Shown here: in pieces, positions 17,837-26,211 of the stretch | Layout of the letters: every line of letters begins with the position of its first letter | Numbering within the stretch: the first letter of the stretch is position 1 | IMG/VR virus record: IMGVR_UViG_3300017971_000032 | Location: 13,501 to 77,500 of that record | Length of the DNA: 64,000 nt | Source of the DNA: a virus | Strand: one strand, 5' to 3' | Made by a program: the position numbers and the translations under genes | Notes under the pieces: generated by a model | What the model was told of the DNA's origin: nothing | The model's input: the letters and a program-made list of their open reading frames with translations, nothing else | The model's database searches: none

Positions 17837-18492
17837 TGATGCCTAAGTTGGTGGTGTACACAGCCCTGTATGGTAATTACGACACATTGCGAGATCAACC
17901 ACACAACCCTGACGTGGAATATCGTTGTTATGGTGACACGCCACAGCCATCCAAGACCTGGAAGTTCATTAAGCAGAATAGGCATCAACCGACAGTGGTG
18001 AGGGATGCTCGCAGGGTGAAGACATTAAGTCATTATTATGTGACTCAATGCATGTATTGTACTTGGATGGATACTAATTTGCTGTTGTGGGATGACCCAC
18101 TAAAGATTTGCGAGAAGTATTTGAAGGATGCGGATTTTGCCTTGTTCAGACATCCACATCGTGATTGCATATATGATGAAGTAAGAGCTTGTATAGAATA
18201 CCGCAAAGACAAACCAGAGATTATGAAACGCCAGGTGGAACGTTATAGGGCAGAAGGGTATCCAGAACATGGTGGTTTGGCATCTACTGGTTTCTTGCTC
18301 CGCCGTCAGACAGAGGCTGTGATAAGGTTCAATGAGATGTGGTGGGCGGAGATTGAAAATGGTTCGCATCGTGATCAATTGAGCCTGCCTTATGTGCACT
18401 GGAAGACTGGCCTCAAGTTCTCTGTCATACCTGGCAGCATTCGCACAACTATGGATTTGCCGTCTTATTTGCATAAACCTTATAAGGGTTGA
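17836..18492 (+). CDS. DUF616-type glycosyltransferase
   Basis: VVYTALYGNYD, HPHRDCIYDE, SHRDQLSLPYV. Confidence 0.85.
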   Translation: MMPKLVVYTALYGNYDTLRDQPHNPDVEYRCYGDTPQPSKTWKFIKQNRHQPTVVRDARRVKTLSHYYVTQCMYCTWMDTNLLLWDDPLKICEKYLKDADFALFRHPHRDCIYDEVRACIEYRKDKPEIMKRQVERYRAEGYPEHGGLASTGFLLRRQTEAVIRFNEMWWAEIENGSHRDQLSLPYVHWKTGLKFSVIPGSIRTTMDLPSYLHKPYKG

Positions 18493-18494
18493 GT

Positions 18495-19052
18495 ATGCCG
18501 CTACTATCTATCGTGACCCGTTGCTATAAGCGTCCTAAGGCATTGAAAATTAACCAGGCATCTGTACTATCTCAAAAAGATGGGGATGTAGAGCATATGC
18601 TTATTGTGGATGATGAGGGACGCGGCACGTTCTGGGCTAATTGCTCGTTTTACCGCAACCATGATAAAGTTCATGGTGACTATGTGTTCATAATGGATGA
18701 TGACGACTATCTGGCGTATGATGGATTTGTAGGGCATTTGCGGGAGATTGTGGAGCGCTATCAGCCTGCTATTATCATGGTCAAGGCAGAGGCTGCCGGA
18801 CGCATATTGCCTACGGACTTGGTGTGGAAACAAGAGAGATACCCTGTGGTTGGGCAAATAGGTTCCGGCAATTTTGTGGTGCGAGCAGATCTGTGGCACA
18901 AGCATATTGAGGCATTTTGCCAGCCTGTGGCTGGTGATTATACTTTTATATGTGATGTGTTTGACGATGTTGGTAATGGGGAGATCTACTGGTTCGATAA
19001 AGTGTGCTTGCGTGCGCAAAGGGTGAGTGATGGAGCACCAGAGCATTCATGA
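18495..19052 (+). CDS. GT2-like glycosyltransferase (paralog A)
   Basis: LSIVTRCYKRP, YVFIMDDDD, GDYTFI. Confidence 0.8.
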   Translation: MPLLSIVTRCYKRPKALKINQASVLSQKDGDVEHMLIVDDEGRGTFWANCSFYRNHDKVHGDYVFIMDDDDYLAYDGFVGHLREIVERYQPAIIMVKAEAAGRILPTDLVWKQERYPVVGQIGSGNFVVRADLWHKHIEAFCQPVAGDYTFICDVFDDVGNGEIYWFDKVCLRAQRVSDGAPEHS

Positions 19053-19656
19053 TGAGTATGTAGCTGGTTTGGACGCTAGATTGTTGACTATAAATTTGTG
19101 GTCAACAGGCCAGAACTTCTTGGGCCATAATGTAGCCCAACGCCCTGTAGACTTATTGTTGTGGGACAGGTTTCTTCAGCGACGCACCAGCCTTAAAGCC
19201 ATCGTGGAATTGGGCTCCGCAGCATTTGGCCTGTCACTGTTTCTAGCATTGCAGGCCAAACAGCGTAGTATGGTTTTCAAGACATTTGATTGCGTGCCTA
19301 ATGATAATATACATACTCCATTGTCTAGGATGGTAGGGTTGGAGGATGACTTTGTGTTAGGTGATGTGTTTGGTGACACTAGGCAGAAGCTGATGGGTAT
19401 GCTGACTAAAGAGTTGCCGCATCCATTGCTTCTATTTTGCGATGATGGAGACAAGCCTCGTGAGTTCCGTGAGTTTGTGCCTTATATGCATGCAGGAGAC
19501 TACGTTGGGGTTCATGATTGGGGTATTGAGATAAACGCGCAGGACGTGCAGATCTTTGGTGATGCTGTGGTTCCGTTGTATTGGCGCGAGTGGGCTTCTG
19601 TAGGTAGCATAACGCGCTTTATGAAGGTGACACGATGCCCTTCCTCTCAATCGTGA
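19027..19656 (+). CDS. Class I methyltransferase (CmcI/Methyltransf_24-like)
   Basis: IVELGSA.G.S, LFCDDG.K, GDYVGVHDW. Confidence 0.7.
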   Translation: MMEHQSIHDEYVAGLDARLLTINLWSTGQNFLGHNVAQRPVDLLLWDRFLQRRTSLKAIVELGSAAFGLSLFLALQAKQRSMVFKTFDCVPNDNIHTPLSRMVGLEDDFVLGDVFGDTRQKLMGMLTKELPHPLLLFCDDGDKPREFREFVPYMHAGDYVGVHDWGIEINAQDVQIFGDAVVPLYWREWASVGSITRFMKVTRCPSSQS

Positions 19657-20186
19657 CACGTTGCTATAAGCGTCCCAAAGCGTTAAGGCTTAATGTCGTG
19701 TCTGTGGCTAAGCAGACAGACCGCGATTGGGAGCAAGTGTTCATTACGGATGATGAGGGACGCGGTCTGTTGTGGGCTAACAAGAGTTTATATCTCAATA
19801 GGCACCGTGTTAAGGGTGACTATGTATTAATATTAGATGATGATAATATACTATATCACAACAAGGTTGTAGAGCACTTGAAGGCAGTTGTGGCGGCACA
19901 TGATCCTGACATATTGATAGTAAAATTACATCAGATCAAACGCTTATTACCTACAGATGAAGTGTGGGGTAAGCAGCCAGTCTTTGGGCACATAGACACT
20001 GGATGTTTCGTTGTCAGGCACGATGTATGGGTTGACAATATTATATTGTTTGGGCAGCCATATGGGGGTGATTGTGCATTTATAGGTGGGTTGTTTGCCC
20101 AGATAGAATATAATGGATGGAAAGTGTGTTGGCACGATGAGGTCATGACAGCTATACAAAGAGTAAGTTATGGCAAACCAGAGTGA
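19635..20186 (+). CDS. GT2-like glycosyltransferase (paralog B)
   Basis: LSIVTRCYKRP, YVLILDDDN; clear paralog of 18495-19052. Confidence 0.8.
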   Translation: MPFLSIVTRCYKRPKALRLNVVSVAKQTDRDWEQVFITDDEGRGLLWANKSLYLNRHRVKGDYVLILDDDNILYHNKVVEHLKAVVAAHDPDILIVKLHQIKRLLPTDEVWGKQPVFGHIDTGCFVVRHDVWVDNIILFGQPYGGDCAFIGGLFAQIEYNGWKVCWHDEVMTAIQRVSYGKPE

Positions 20187-21048
20187 TTGGGATGAGGTAA
20201 GACCTAATGTATATATGTTGGTTAGGTCTGAGCATGTCAAGCCTGCTCCTATTATTGCAAGGTCTTCCAAACCGCGCAAGACGTTGCACCGTGATAAGCC
20301 TGGAGTGAGGCAGCGCACAACCGGCAAATTTGCGTCCATATCTGTAGTGATGATGACTCACAACCGTGGCGGATTGAGATTGCGCAATACATTGGATTCC
20401 TTGTTGTGCCATCAAAGCTATTTGCCTAAGGAAGTTGTGGTTGTAGACACATCTACAGATAATGACATAGCCAATGGCAATAAAGGCATCGTTGCTCTTT
20501 ATCCTAATGCTTATTGGGTGCGCAAGAAGCGGTCAGTGTTTAGCAAATCTTGGGCATTGAATTATGGTATAAGATCTTGCACAAAGTGCTCCACATTTCT
20601 AGCCTGTATGGACGTGGATGTGATGTTAAGTAGTGGGTTCATCAAGACAGCCATTGATATATTGAGACAGAGCAAGGCTTTTTTACTAGTAGATACTTAC
20701 TTGGCCCCCAGGAACATAGACATAGATCCATTTGATAATTGGCCTGTACTATTGAGGATGTGCACTAAGGCCAAACCGCGTGGGCCTGGATCCTTTCAAG
20801 CTTGCGAACGTAGATGGTGGTTCAATACACATGGATATGATGAGAGATTTAGTGGCGGCTTAGGCGGTATGGATGACGATATATGGGTGCGTGCCAAGAA
20901 ATCTGGATTGAATATAGTGTGGATACCATCTGATAAAGCACAAGCGGTTCATCAGTGGCACGAGCGTTCTCCATTGAAAGGCAGGACTAGCCACTTGTTC
21001 AGCCATGATCCTAAAGTTGTAGTTAACCCTAATGGGTGGGGCAAATAG
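20170..21048 (+). CDS. GT2 glycosyltransferase with GT7C-like C-terminus
   Basis: VVVVD, KSWALNYG, MDVD, GYDERF.G.GGMDDD, HQWH. Confidence 0.85.
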   Translation: MANQSDWDEVRPNVYMLVRSEHVKPAPIIARSSKPRKTLHRDKPGVRQRTTGKFASISVVMMTHNRGGLRLRNTLDSLLCHQSYLPKEVVVVDTSTDNDIANGNKGIVALYPNAYWVRKKRSVFSKSWALNYGIRSCTKCSTFLACMDVDVMLSSGFIKTAIDILRQSKAFLLVDTYLAPRNIDIDPFDNWPVLLRMCTKAKPRGPGSFQACERRWWFNTHGYDERFSGGLGGMDDDIWVRAKKSGLNIVWIPSDKAQAVHQWHERSPLKGRTSHLFSHDPKVVVNPNGWGK

Positions 21049-21052
21049 GAAA

Positions 21053-21064
21053 CGGTTTAGTATA
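21053..21064 (+). promoter_or_regulatory. Phage promoter-like motif CGGTTTAGTATA (copy 2)
   Basis: Exact copy, immediately upstream of the tRNA-like RNA. Confidence 0.7.
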
Positions 21065-21066
21065 GC

Positions 21067-21145
21067 GAGGCTAACAGTTGACCGCTGGGCAGGTTGCCGG
21101 AAGCCAAGGGTTCGAATCCCTTGGCGGCGGTCAACTGTTAACCTC
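21067..21145 (+). ncRNA. tRNA-like structured RNA with a canonical T-loop (not a complete tRNA)
   Basis: 15-bp closing stem (+4 bp), GGCA-GGT-TGCC mini-hairpin, GCCAAGGG-TTCGAAT-CCCTTGGC T-arm; no anticodon arm. Confidence 0.65.
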
Positions 21146-21161
21146 AAAGAAAAGGAGTGCT

Positions 21162-21875
21162 GTGAACTGGTCTACAATTGCTTGCTTGATCCCGACCTAT
21201 AATAGACCTGACATTCTGCCAATGACTATTAAGTTGCTGGATGAGAATTTGGGCTATCCTGGCCGCATCGTGTACTTTGTTGGTAATGATGGGGATATAG
21301 ATGTTGCCCCTGTTTTGGTTGAGACGTTAAGTGAGGACATCAGGGAGAGGCTACAAATCATATGTGGCCCACGGCGTGAGAATGGCAGCGGCGGATTGGG
21401 TGATAATCTGAACAAGTTGTTAAGAGTGACCGCTAATTATCACATAGACTATCTGCTACAAATGGATGATGATCATTGGTTGATTAAGCCTATAGATTTA
21501 GTGCCCCATGTAATTCAACTGATGGATGATGGGGCTGGCTGGATACGGCTAATGGGCATTGGCTCACACCACTATACAGCCACGCTTGAAGGTAATTATT
21601 GGTATGTGCATTGGGATAGCGAGGGGCCGTACAGCTTGTATATCCCATCTAATCGTCCCCATTTAAAGCACAGAAGGTTCCACGACTTTTATGGGTACTA
21701 TCCTGAAGGTATGAAGTTAGGAGAGACTGAGGAGAGCTTTTGTCACCAATGTCGCAGGGCGTGGAGGACTGCTACAGAGAATGACAATCCGCCCAGTGTG
21801 TTAGTGCCATTGAATAACAATTCAGAATCTGCCTGGATGCATGTAGGTGTATCCTGGCAATCCAAAGGAGAATGA
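21162..21875 (+). CDS. GT2-like glycosyltransferase
   Basis: LIPTYNRP, VGNDG, LQMDDD; AAGGAG RBS before GTG 21162. Confidence 0.8.
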   Translation: MNWSTIACLIPTYNRPDILPMTIKLLDENLGYPGRIVYFVGNDGDIDVAPVLVETLSEDIRERLQIICGPRRENGSGGLGDNLNKLLRVTANYHIDYLLQMDDDHWLIKPIDLVPHVIQLMDDGAGWIRLMGIGSHHYTATLEGNYWYVHWDSEGPYSLYIPSNRPHLKHRRFHDFYGYYPEGMKLGETEESFCHQCRRAWRTATENDNPPSVLVPLNNNSESAWMHVGVSWQSKGE

Positions 21876-21876
21876 G

Positions 21877-22947
21877 ATGCCACAGTTGGAGGAGCTATCC
21901 ATCGAGGTTACCAATGAATGCCCTATGATGTGTATCCATTGCTCATCCGGTTCCAGCCCCAAACGGTTGCCTGATGAGATCTCAGTGGAGCTACAATTGG
22001 ATTTGATTGAGCAAGCACGGGATATGGGCGCAACTGTGCTGAGCCTGAGTGGTGGGGAGCCTTTGGTGTACCCTCACCTTATGGAGCTGGTGCGAAAGGC
22101 TGAACGGTGGGGTTATGATCGCATCCTGTTGTACACTACTGGCCATACGCACGAGCATCGTTGGGTGAATCAGCACCCTCTTGTGAGTAGGTTGTTAAGC
22201 GTGCGCAATTTGACTTGGATATTCTCGCTCCATTCTGCTAACCCTGCGGTTAATGACCACATCATGAACCGTGAGGGTGCTACTAATCACATCAAGGACT
22301 CCGTATCTTGGTTGGTGAGCCAAGGTGCCGATGTTGAGATTCACATGGTGCCAATGAAAATCAACTTCACCAGCATTGCTGGCTTGCGCCAATGGTGCTC
22401 TTCTATAGGTGTGAGTAAGATGAGTTTGCTGCGGTTTGTGCCCCAAACACGTGGTGCGGCCAACAAGGACGCATTGCTGATGGACGTGCCTGATTTCTCA
22501 TTGATGCAGGCCATTATGCATATTCAGACTACCATGTCCGCCAGCCCTACAGACCTGCGACTAGGATGCCCGATTGACTTCAGACACTCTCTTGGATTGG
22601 TGTCGGAGAAACAAAAGCCATGCCATGCTGGTGATGATCTTATTCTTGTGCGGCCAGATGGTGCTGCCCATCCTTGCGCTGCTTGGAAGTCTTTGCCGTC
22701 TGACGCCAACGTGCGGGACTACAGCCTGGAGAGCATTTTCAATGATAGTACGGTGTTCCAAGCCGTACGTCACTTCAAGTACGACAGGGGATGGGATCGC
22801 ATCGAGGGATGCAAGGATTGTAAGTATGTGGAGAGTTGTATGGGTGGTTGCCCTGCTCAACGTCTTCATGCCTATGGCAAGAAGCTGGATGCGTTGTTTG
22901 CCGCCCCTGGCGATCCATTGTGTCACATGGTGAGGGGTAATGTCTGA
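21877..22947 (+). CDS. Radical SAM/SPASM-domain protein
   Basis: CPMMCIHC, SGGEPL, SPASM cysteines CHAG..PC..CKDC...CMGGC...DPLC. Confidence 0.9.
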   Translation: MPQLEELSIEVTNECPMMCIHCSSGSSPKRLPDEISVELQLDLIEQARDMGATVLSLSGGEPLVYPHLMELVRKAERWGYDRILLYTTGHTHEHRWVNQHPLVSRLLSVRNLTWIFSLHSANPAVNDHIMNREGATNHIKDSVSWLVSQGADVEIHMVPMKINFTSIAGLRQWCSSIGVSKMSLLRFVPQTRGAANKDALLMDVPDFSLMQAIMHIQTTMSASPTDLRLGCPIDFRHSLGLVSEKQKPCHAGDDLILVRPDGAAHPCAAWKSLPSDANVRDYSLESIFNDSTVFQAVRHFKYDRGWDRIEGCKDCKYVESCMGGCPAQRLHAYGKKLDALFAAPGDPLCHMVRGNV

Positions 22948-23944
22948 GCTATTGAAACATATCACTGGCCACAACCCCAAGACTAGAATCATCACTCTAA
23001 GCAATCAGTCGGCTTTGAGCAAGGTCACGGAGTTCGTTCCAACCGGTTGCCCGCCACTGGATTGGATCATGGGTGGGGGCGTGCCGGCAGGGCGCATAAC
23101 GGAGATCTATGGTGACACTTCAACAGGCAAGACGCTTCTGGCTGAGCATATTCTGGCCGAGACGCAGGCCATGGGTGGCACTGCCGTATTGCTGGATACT
23201 GAAACAGCCATTGATCAGCATTTGGCTGAGACCATAGGCATAGATATAGAAGAGTTGCTGTACGCTAATCCTGAGACTATTGAGGATGTATACAAGACCA
23301 TACAGGAGTTTATCGAAGCCAAGCGCGAAGTTGATCCTGATGGGCTAATGACAATTGTGTGGGATAGTGTAGCTGCTACATCCTCAGAGGAAGAAGTTGA
23401 GAAGGTCAGGAAGGAAGGCTTGGGTGCCCGCACGGTAGCCACGCATGCTCGGCTCATATCCAAAATGTGTCGGGTGATGAGACGTGAGGTAGCATCAGAG
23501 CGCTTGGCATTGGTATTGATAAATCAAACACGCCAGAAGATCGGAGTTTTGTTTGGGGATGACAAGAGTACGTTCGGTGGCCGAGCAATTGGGTACTACT
23601 CATCTGTTAGGCTTGAATTGGCGCAGCGTGGTCAGATCAAGGATCATGGGGATGTGATAGGCATTAAGGCTAGAGCATATGTGGCCAAGAACAAGGTGGC
23701 TCCACCATTTGGCCAATGTACCATACCTATATTGTTTGACGTGGGTATAGACGAGCCTGGGGCCATGTTGGAATGGTTGAAGTCCCAAGACGTTATCACT
23801 ACTGCTGGGGGATGGCATCGCATAACTTTGGATGGAGAAGAGCACTCATTCCAACGCCCATCTTGGCCTGAGTTGTATCTCAAACACAGGTCTGAGATAC
23901 TGAGTTGGATGTTTGATACGGAGGACACTAATGAATTTGATTGA
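22940..23944 (+). CDS. recA: RecA/UvsX recombinase
   Basis: GGGVPAGRITEIYGDTSTGKT, WDSVAA, INQTR, KNKVAPPF. Confidence 0.95.
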   Translation: MSELLKHITGHNPKTRIITLSNQSALSKVTEFVPTGCPPLDWIMGGGVPAGRITEIYGDTSTGKTLLAEHILAETQAMGGTAVLLDTETAIDQHLAETIGIDIEELLYANPETIEDVYKTIQEFIEAKREVDPDGLMTIVWDSVAATSSEEEVEKVRKEGLGARTVATHARLISKMCRVMRREVASERLALVLINQTRQKIGVLFGDDKSTFGGRAIGYYSSVRLELAQRGQIKDHGDVIGIKARAYVAKNKVAPPFGQCTIPILFDVGIDEPGAMLEWLKSQDVITTAGGWHRITLDGEEHSFQRPSWPELYLKHRSEILSWMFDTEDTNEFD

Positions 23945-24191
23945 TTTGCTCAGGGTTGTGGCATCTTCCAGGACACGCATCAATGCCATGGCCATGACGT
24001 TCGATGGCGTTTACTCTTATCTGGATGATAATTTGCCCGTGGCGTTGGAGCATGATGCCGAGTTCATGCATTATGATCAGGCAGCATTGGCCAATAACAT
24101 TGCAAGTAATCTTAAGCGTGTGGCAGAGCTTATGGATAGTATGGTGGAGGCATTGAACGAGGAGCAAAAGCTGGAGAGCACCTCGCACTGA
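23931..24191 (+). CDS. Hypothetical protein
   Basis: GGAGG RBS; overlaps the recA stop. Confidence 0.5.
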   Translation: MNLIDLLRVVASSRTRINAMAMTFDGVYSYLDDNLPVALEHDAEFMHYDQAALANNIASNLKRVAELMDSMVEALNEEQKLESTSH

Positions 24192-24265
24192 CGCATGGGG
24201 GCCATACAGAAGATGGAAGCGTCACAAAGATCAATTGTATCCACCTAAGTGTAAGTCTAGCAAGG

Positions 24266-25189
24266 ATGAAGATGAATCTGATAATCGACGGGACGAATCT
24301 GGCTCACAGGGCACGTCATGCGTATGACCTGTCTTACAGGGGCAAGGATACGTCAACCACATATGGCGTGATGCGCATGTTGGCGGCTTTAGTGAGGAAC
24401 TACAACCCCTCATCCGTGGTATTTGCCTGGGATGGAGGTACACCTGGCTTCCGGCGCAGGCTCGTTCCTGAGTACAAATCCAAGCGCAAGCATGAGGAAG
24501 ATCCAACGTGGCTGGAGTTCTTGGCTCAATTAGGTGAGCTTGAGAAGATCTTGCCATACACTGGGGTGCTTCAGGTTAAGCGCAGAGGCATAGAAGCTGA
24601 TGATATCATGGCCCATGCGGCTCAGATGCTGACAGGTGATAATTTGATAATCACTACAGATGATGATCTGCTACAATGCGTGGATGACGCCACATCTGTG
24701 TTCAAGCCTGGAGGCAAGAAGGGCACTATCTATCGCATGTCTAATTTTGAGGATAAAGTAGGCTGGCCACCATTCAAGTTCGTATTGAGTAAAGTGTTGC
24801 AAGGTGATAGTAGTGATAACATCAAGGGTGTTTTTGGCATTGGCCCCAAGACTGCTCACAAGTTGTTACAACATGACAATGTGTTAGAAGCTGCCTCCCC
24901 CAAACTTAGGGATAGGATTGAAAAGTTCATCGAAGATGGGTCATACGTCAAAGCCTACGGGGCAATAGATCTAAGCCATGATAGAGCAGGTGCTAGATTG
25001 ACTATATTGCGTTCCAAATGGCATCCAGCTCATGTCAAACGTTTGTATAAGTGGTGTATAGACAGGGGTTTTGTTAGCATTATTGAGCAAGAGAGCCTGA
25101 GCGTATTCGGGCGTTTGCGGGAGCCACAGTTTGATAAGTTGTTGCGTCGCACTCCATTGGTATGGGATTATGGCAGAGCAGAACATTGA
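24266..25189 (+). CDS. 5'-3' exonuclease / flap endonuclease (Pol I N-terminal-like)
   Basis: LIIDGTNL, PEYKSKR, EADD, GDSSDNIKGV.GIGPKTA. Confidence 0.95.
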   Translation: MKMNLIIDGTNLAHRARHAYDLSYRGKDTSTTYGVMRMLAALVRNYNPSSVVFAWDGGTPGFRRRLVPEYKSKRKHEEDPTWLEFLAQLGELEKILPYTGVLQVKRRGIEADDIMAHAAQMLTGDNLIITTDDDLLQCVDDATSVFKPGGKKGTIYRMSNFEDKVGWPPFKFVLSKVLQGDSSDNIKGVFGIGPKTAHKLLQHDNVLEAASPKLRDRIEKFIEDGSYVKAYGAIDLSHDRAGARLTILRSKWHPAHVKRLYKWCIDRGFVSIIEQESLSVFGRLREPQFDKLLRRTPLVWDYGRAEH

Positions 25190-25332
25190 TGACGGTTTTG
25201 ATCCTGACAAGGCTAGTGAGAGCTGTGCTGCTTTGAAAGCCTACTTGGAATACATCCAGTGCATAGAAAGAACGTACGAGGCTGTGCTAGGCTATTTAAG
25301 CCTTGCCCTAGAAAGTTATGAAAGGAAAAACG

Positions 25333-25386
25333 ATGGATAACCATAAGCCAGAATCTGAGATGGATAACCCTAAGCCAGAATCTGAA
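25333..25386 (+). repeat. 27-nt tandem duplication
   Basis: ATGGATAACC(A/C)TAAGCCAGAATCTGA(G/A) x2. Confidence 0.85.
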
Positions 25387-25578
25387 TCGTTTATCACATC
25401 CAAGACCGCTGTGGATAAGTGGCCTGTAATATCAGTAGGTGATGAGGTGGTGGTGGGTGACATGCTATTCGTCATCCAAAGGCTGAATGCTTCTAGCGTA
25501 GTGATAAGGCCACAGGTAGACGGTATGAGAGCCAAGGACGCTATGGCAGTGTTGCGCAAAAAGGCTGCAGATGGGTAA
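25333..25578 (+). CDS. Hypothetical protein starting with a 9-aa tandem duplication
   Basis: MDNHKPESE-MDNPKPESE. Confidence 0.5.
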   Translation: MDNHKPESEMDNPKPESESFITSKTAVDKWPVISVGDEVVVGDMLFVIQRLNASSVVIRPQVDGMRAKDAMAVLRKKAADG

Positions 25579-26029
25579 ACGCTCCAAGGAGAAGGGTGCT
25601 GCATTCGAGCGCAGAATATGTAAAATCTTAGGTGACGCTTACGGCATAGAGCTGCGCCGCACACCTTTGAGTGGTGGATGGGCTCAACACTATGATGATG
25701 TAGCGGGTGATGTGGTGGCTGTCAAGGGCACTTTTCCTTACTGTGTGGAGTGCAAGAAGGAAGAGGGTTGGAAGCTGGAGAGTTTGCTTACAGACAGCCA
25801 CGCCTGGTTCGATGCTTGGTGGATGCAAACAGTTAATGCTTGCCCATCTGGGCAAGTGCCATTGTTAATATTCTCCCGCAATTACATGCCCGTGTTTGCA
25901 GCATCTAATTGCGAAGATCTACTATCAGATTTGAGGTATGGTAATATAGATGTGTCTTATGCGATAATTGAGGACATAGCTATCATGTTATTAGATAATT
26001 TTATTGCTTGGGACAAGGAAGAGTTATGA
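25571..26029 (+). CDS. Holliday junction resolvase (PD-(D/E)XK)
   Basis: SKEKGAAFER, RTPLSGG, GD, VECK. Confidence 0.85.
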   Translation: MGKRSKEKGAAFERRICKILGDAYGIELRRTPLSGGWAQHYDDVAGDVVAVKGTFPYCVECKKEEGWKLESLLTDSHAWFDAWWMQTVNACPSGQVPLLIFSRNYMPVFAASNCEDLLSDLRYGNIDVSYAIIEDIAIMLLDNFIAWDKEEL

Positions 26030-26211
26030 AATTAGTGTTAAAAGGCAAATCTCCAATAGTGGTCATAAATAGTACTACCAATGATGATTGGATAAAATCC
26101 TTGCCTGGACACTCTGACGAGGTAGACGTAATTGACGCATCGGCTACGGTTGGCGTTGAGAAAAAAGGCATCAGGTTGGTGAAGGGCCATGATAAAGAAG
26201 CTGAAACTTAG
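26026..26211 (+). CDS. Small hypothetical protein
   Basis: ATGA overlap with the resolvase; overlaps the next gene. Confidence 0.5.
   Translation: MKLVLKGKSPIVVINSTTNDDWIKSLPGHSDEVDVIDASATVGVEKKGIRLVKGHDKEAET

Noticed and set aside
21067-21145. A canonical tRNA gene
   Set aside because: The T-loop is perfect, but there is no anticodon arm, normal D-arm or 7-bp acceptor stem with CCA; reported as tRNA-like instead
21078-21161. N-terminal extension of the glycosyltransferase as given in the ORF track
   Set aside because: It overlaps the structured RNA; AAGGAG supports GTG 21162 as the start
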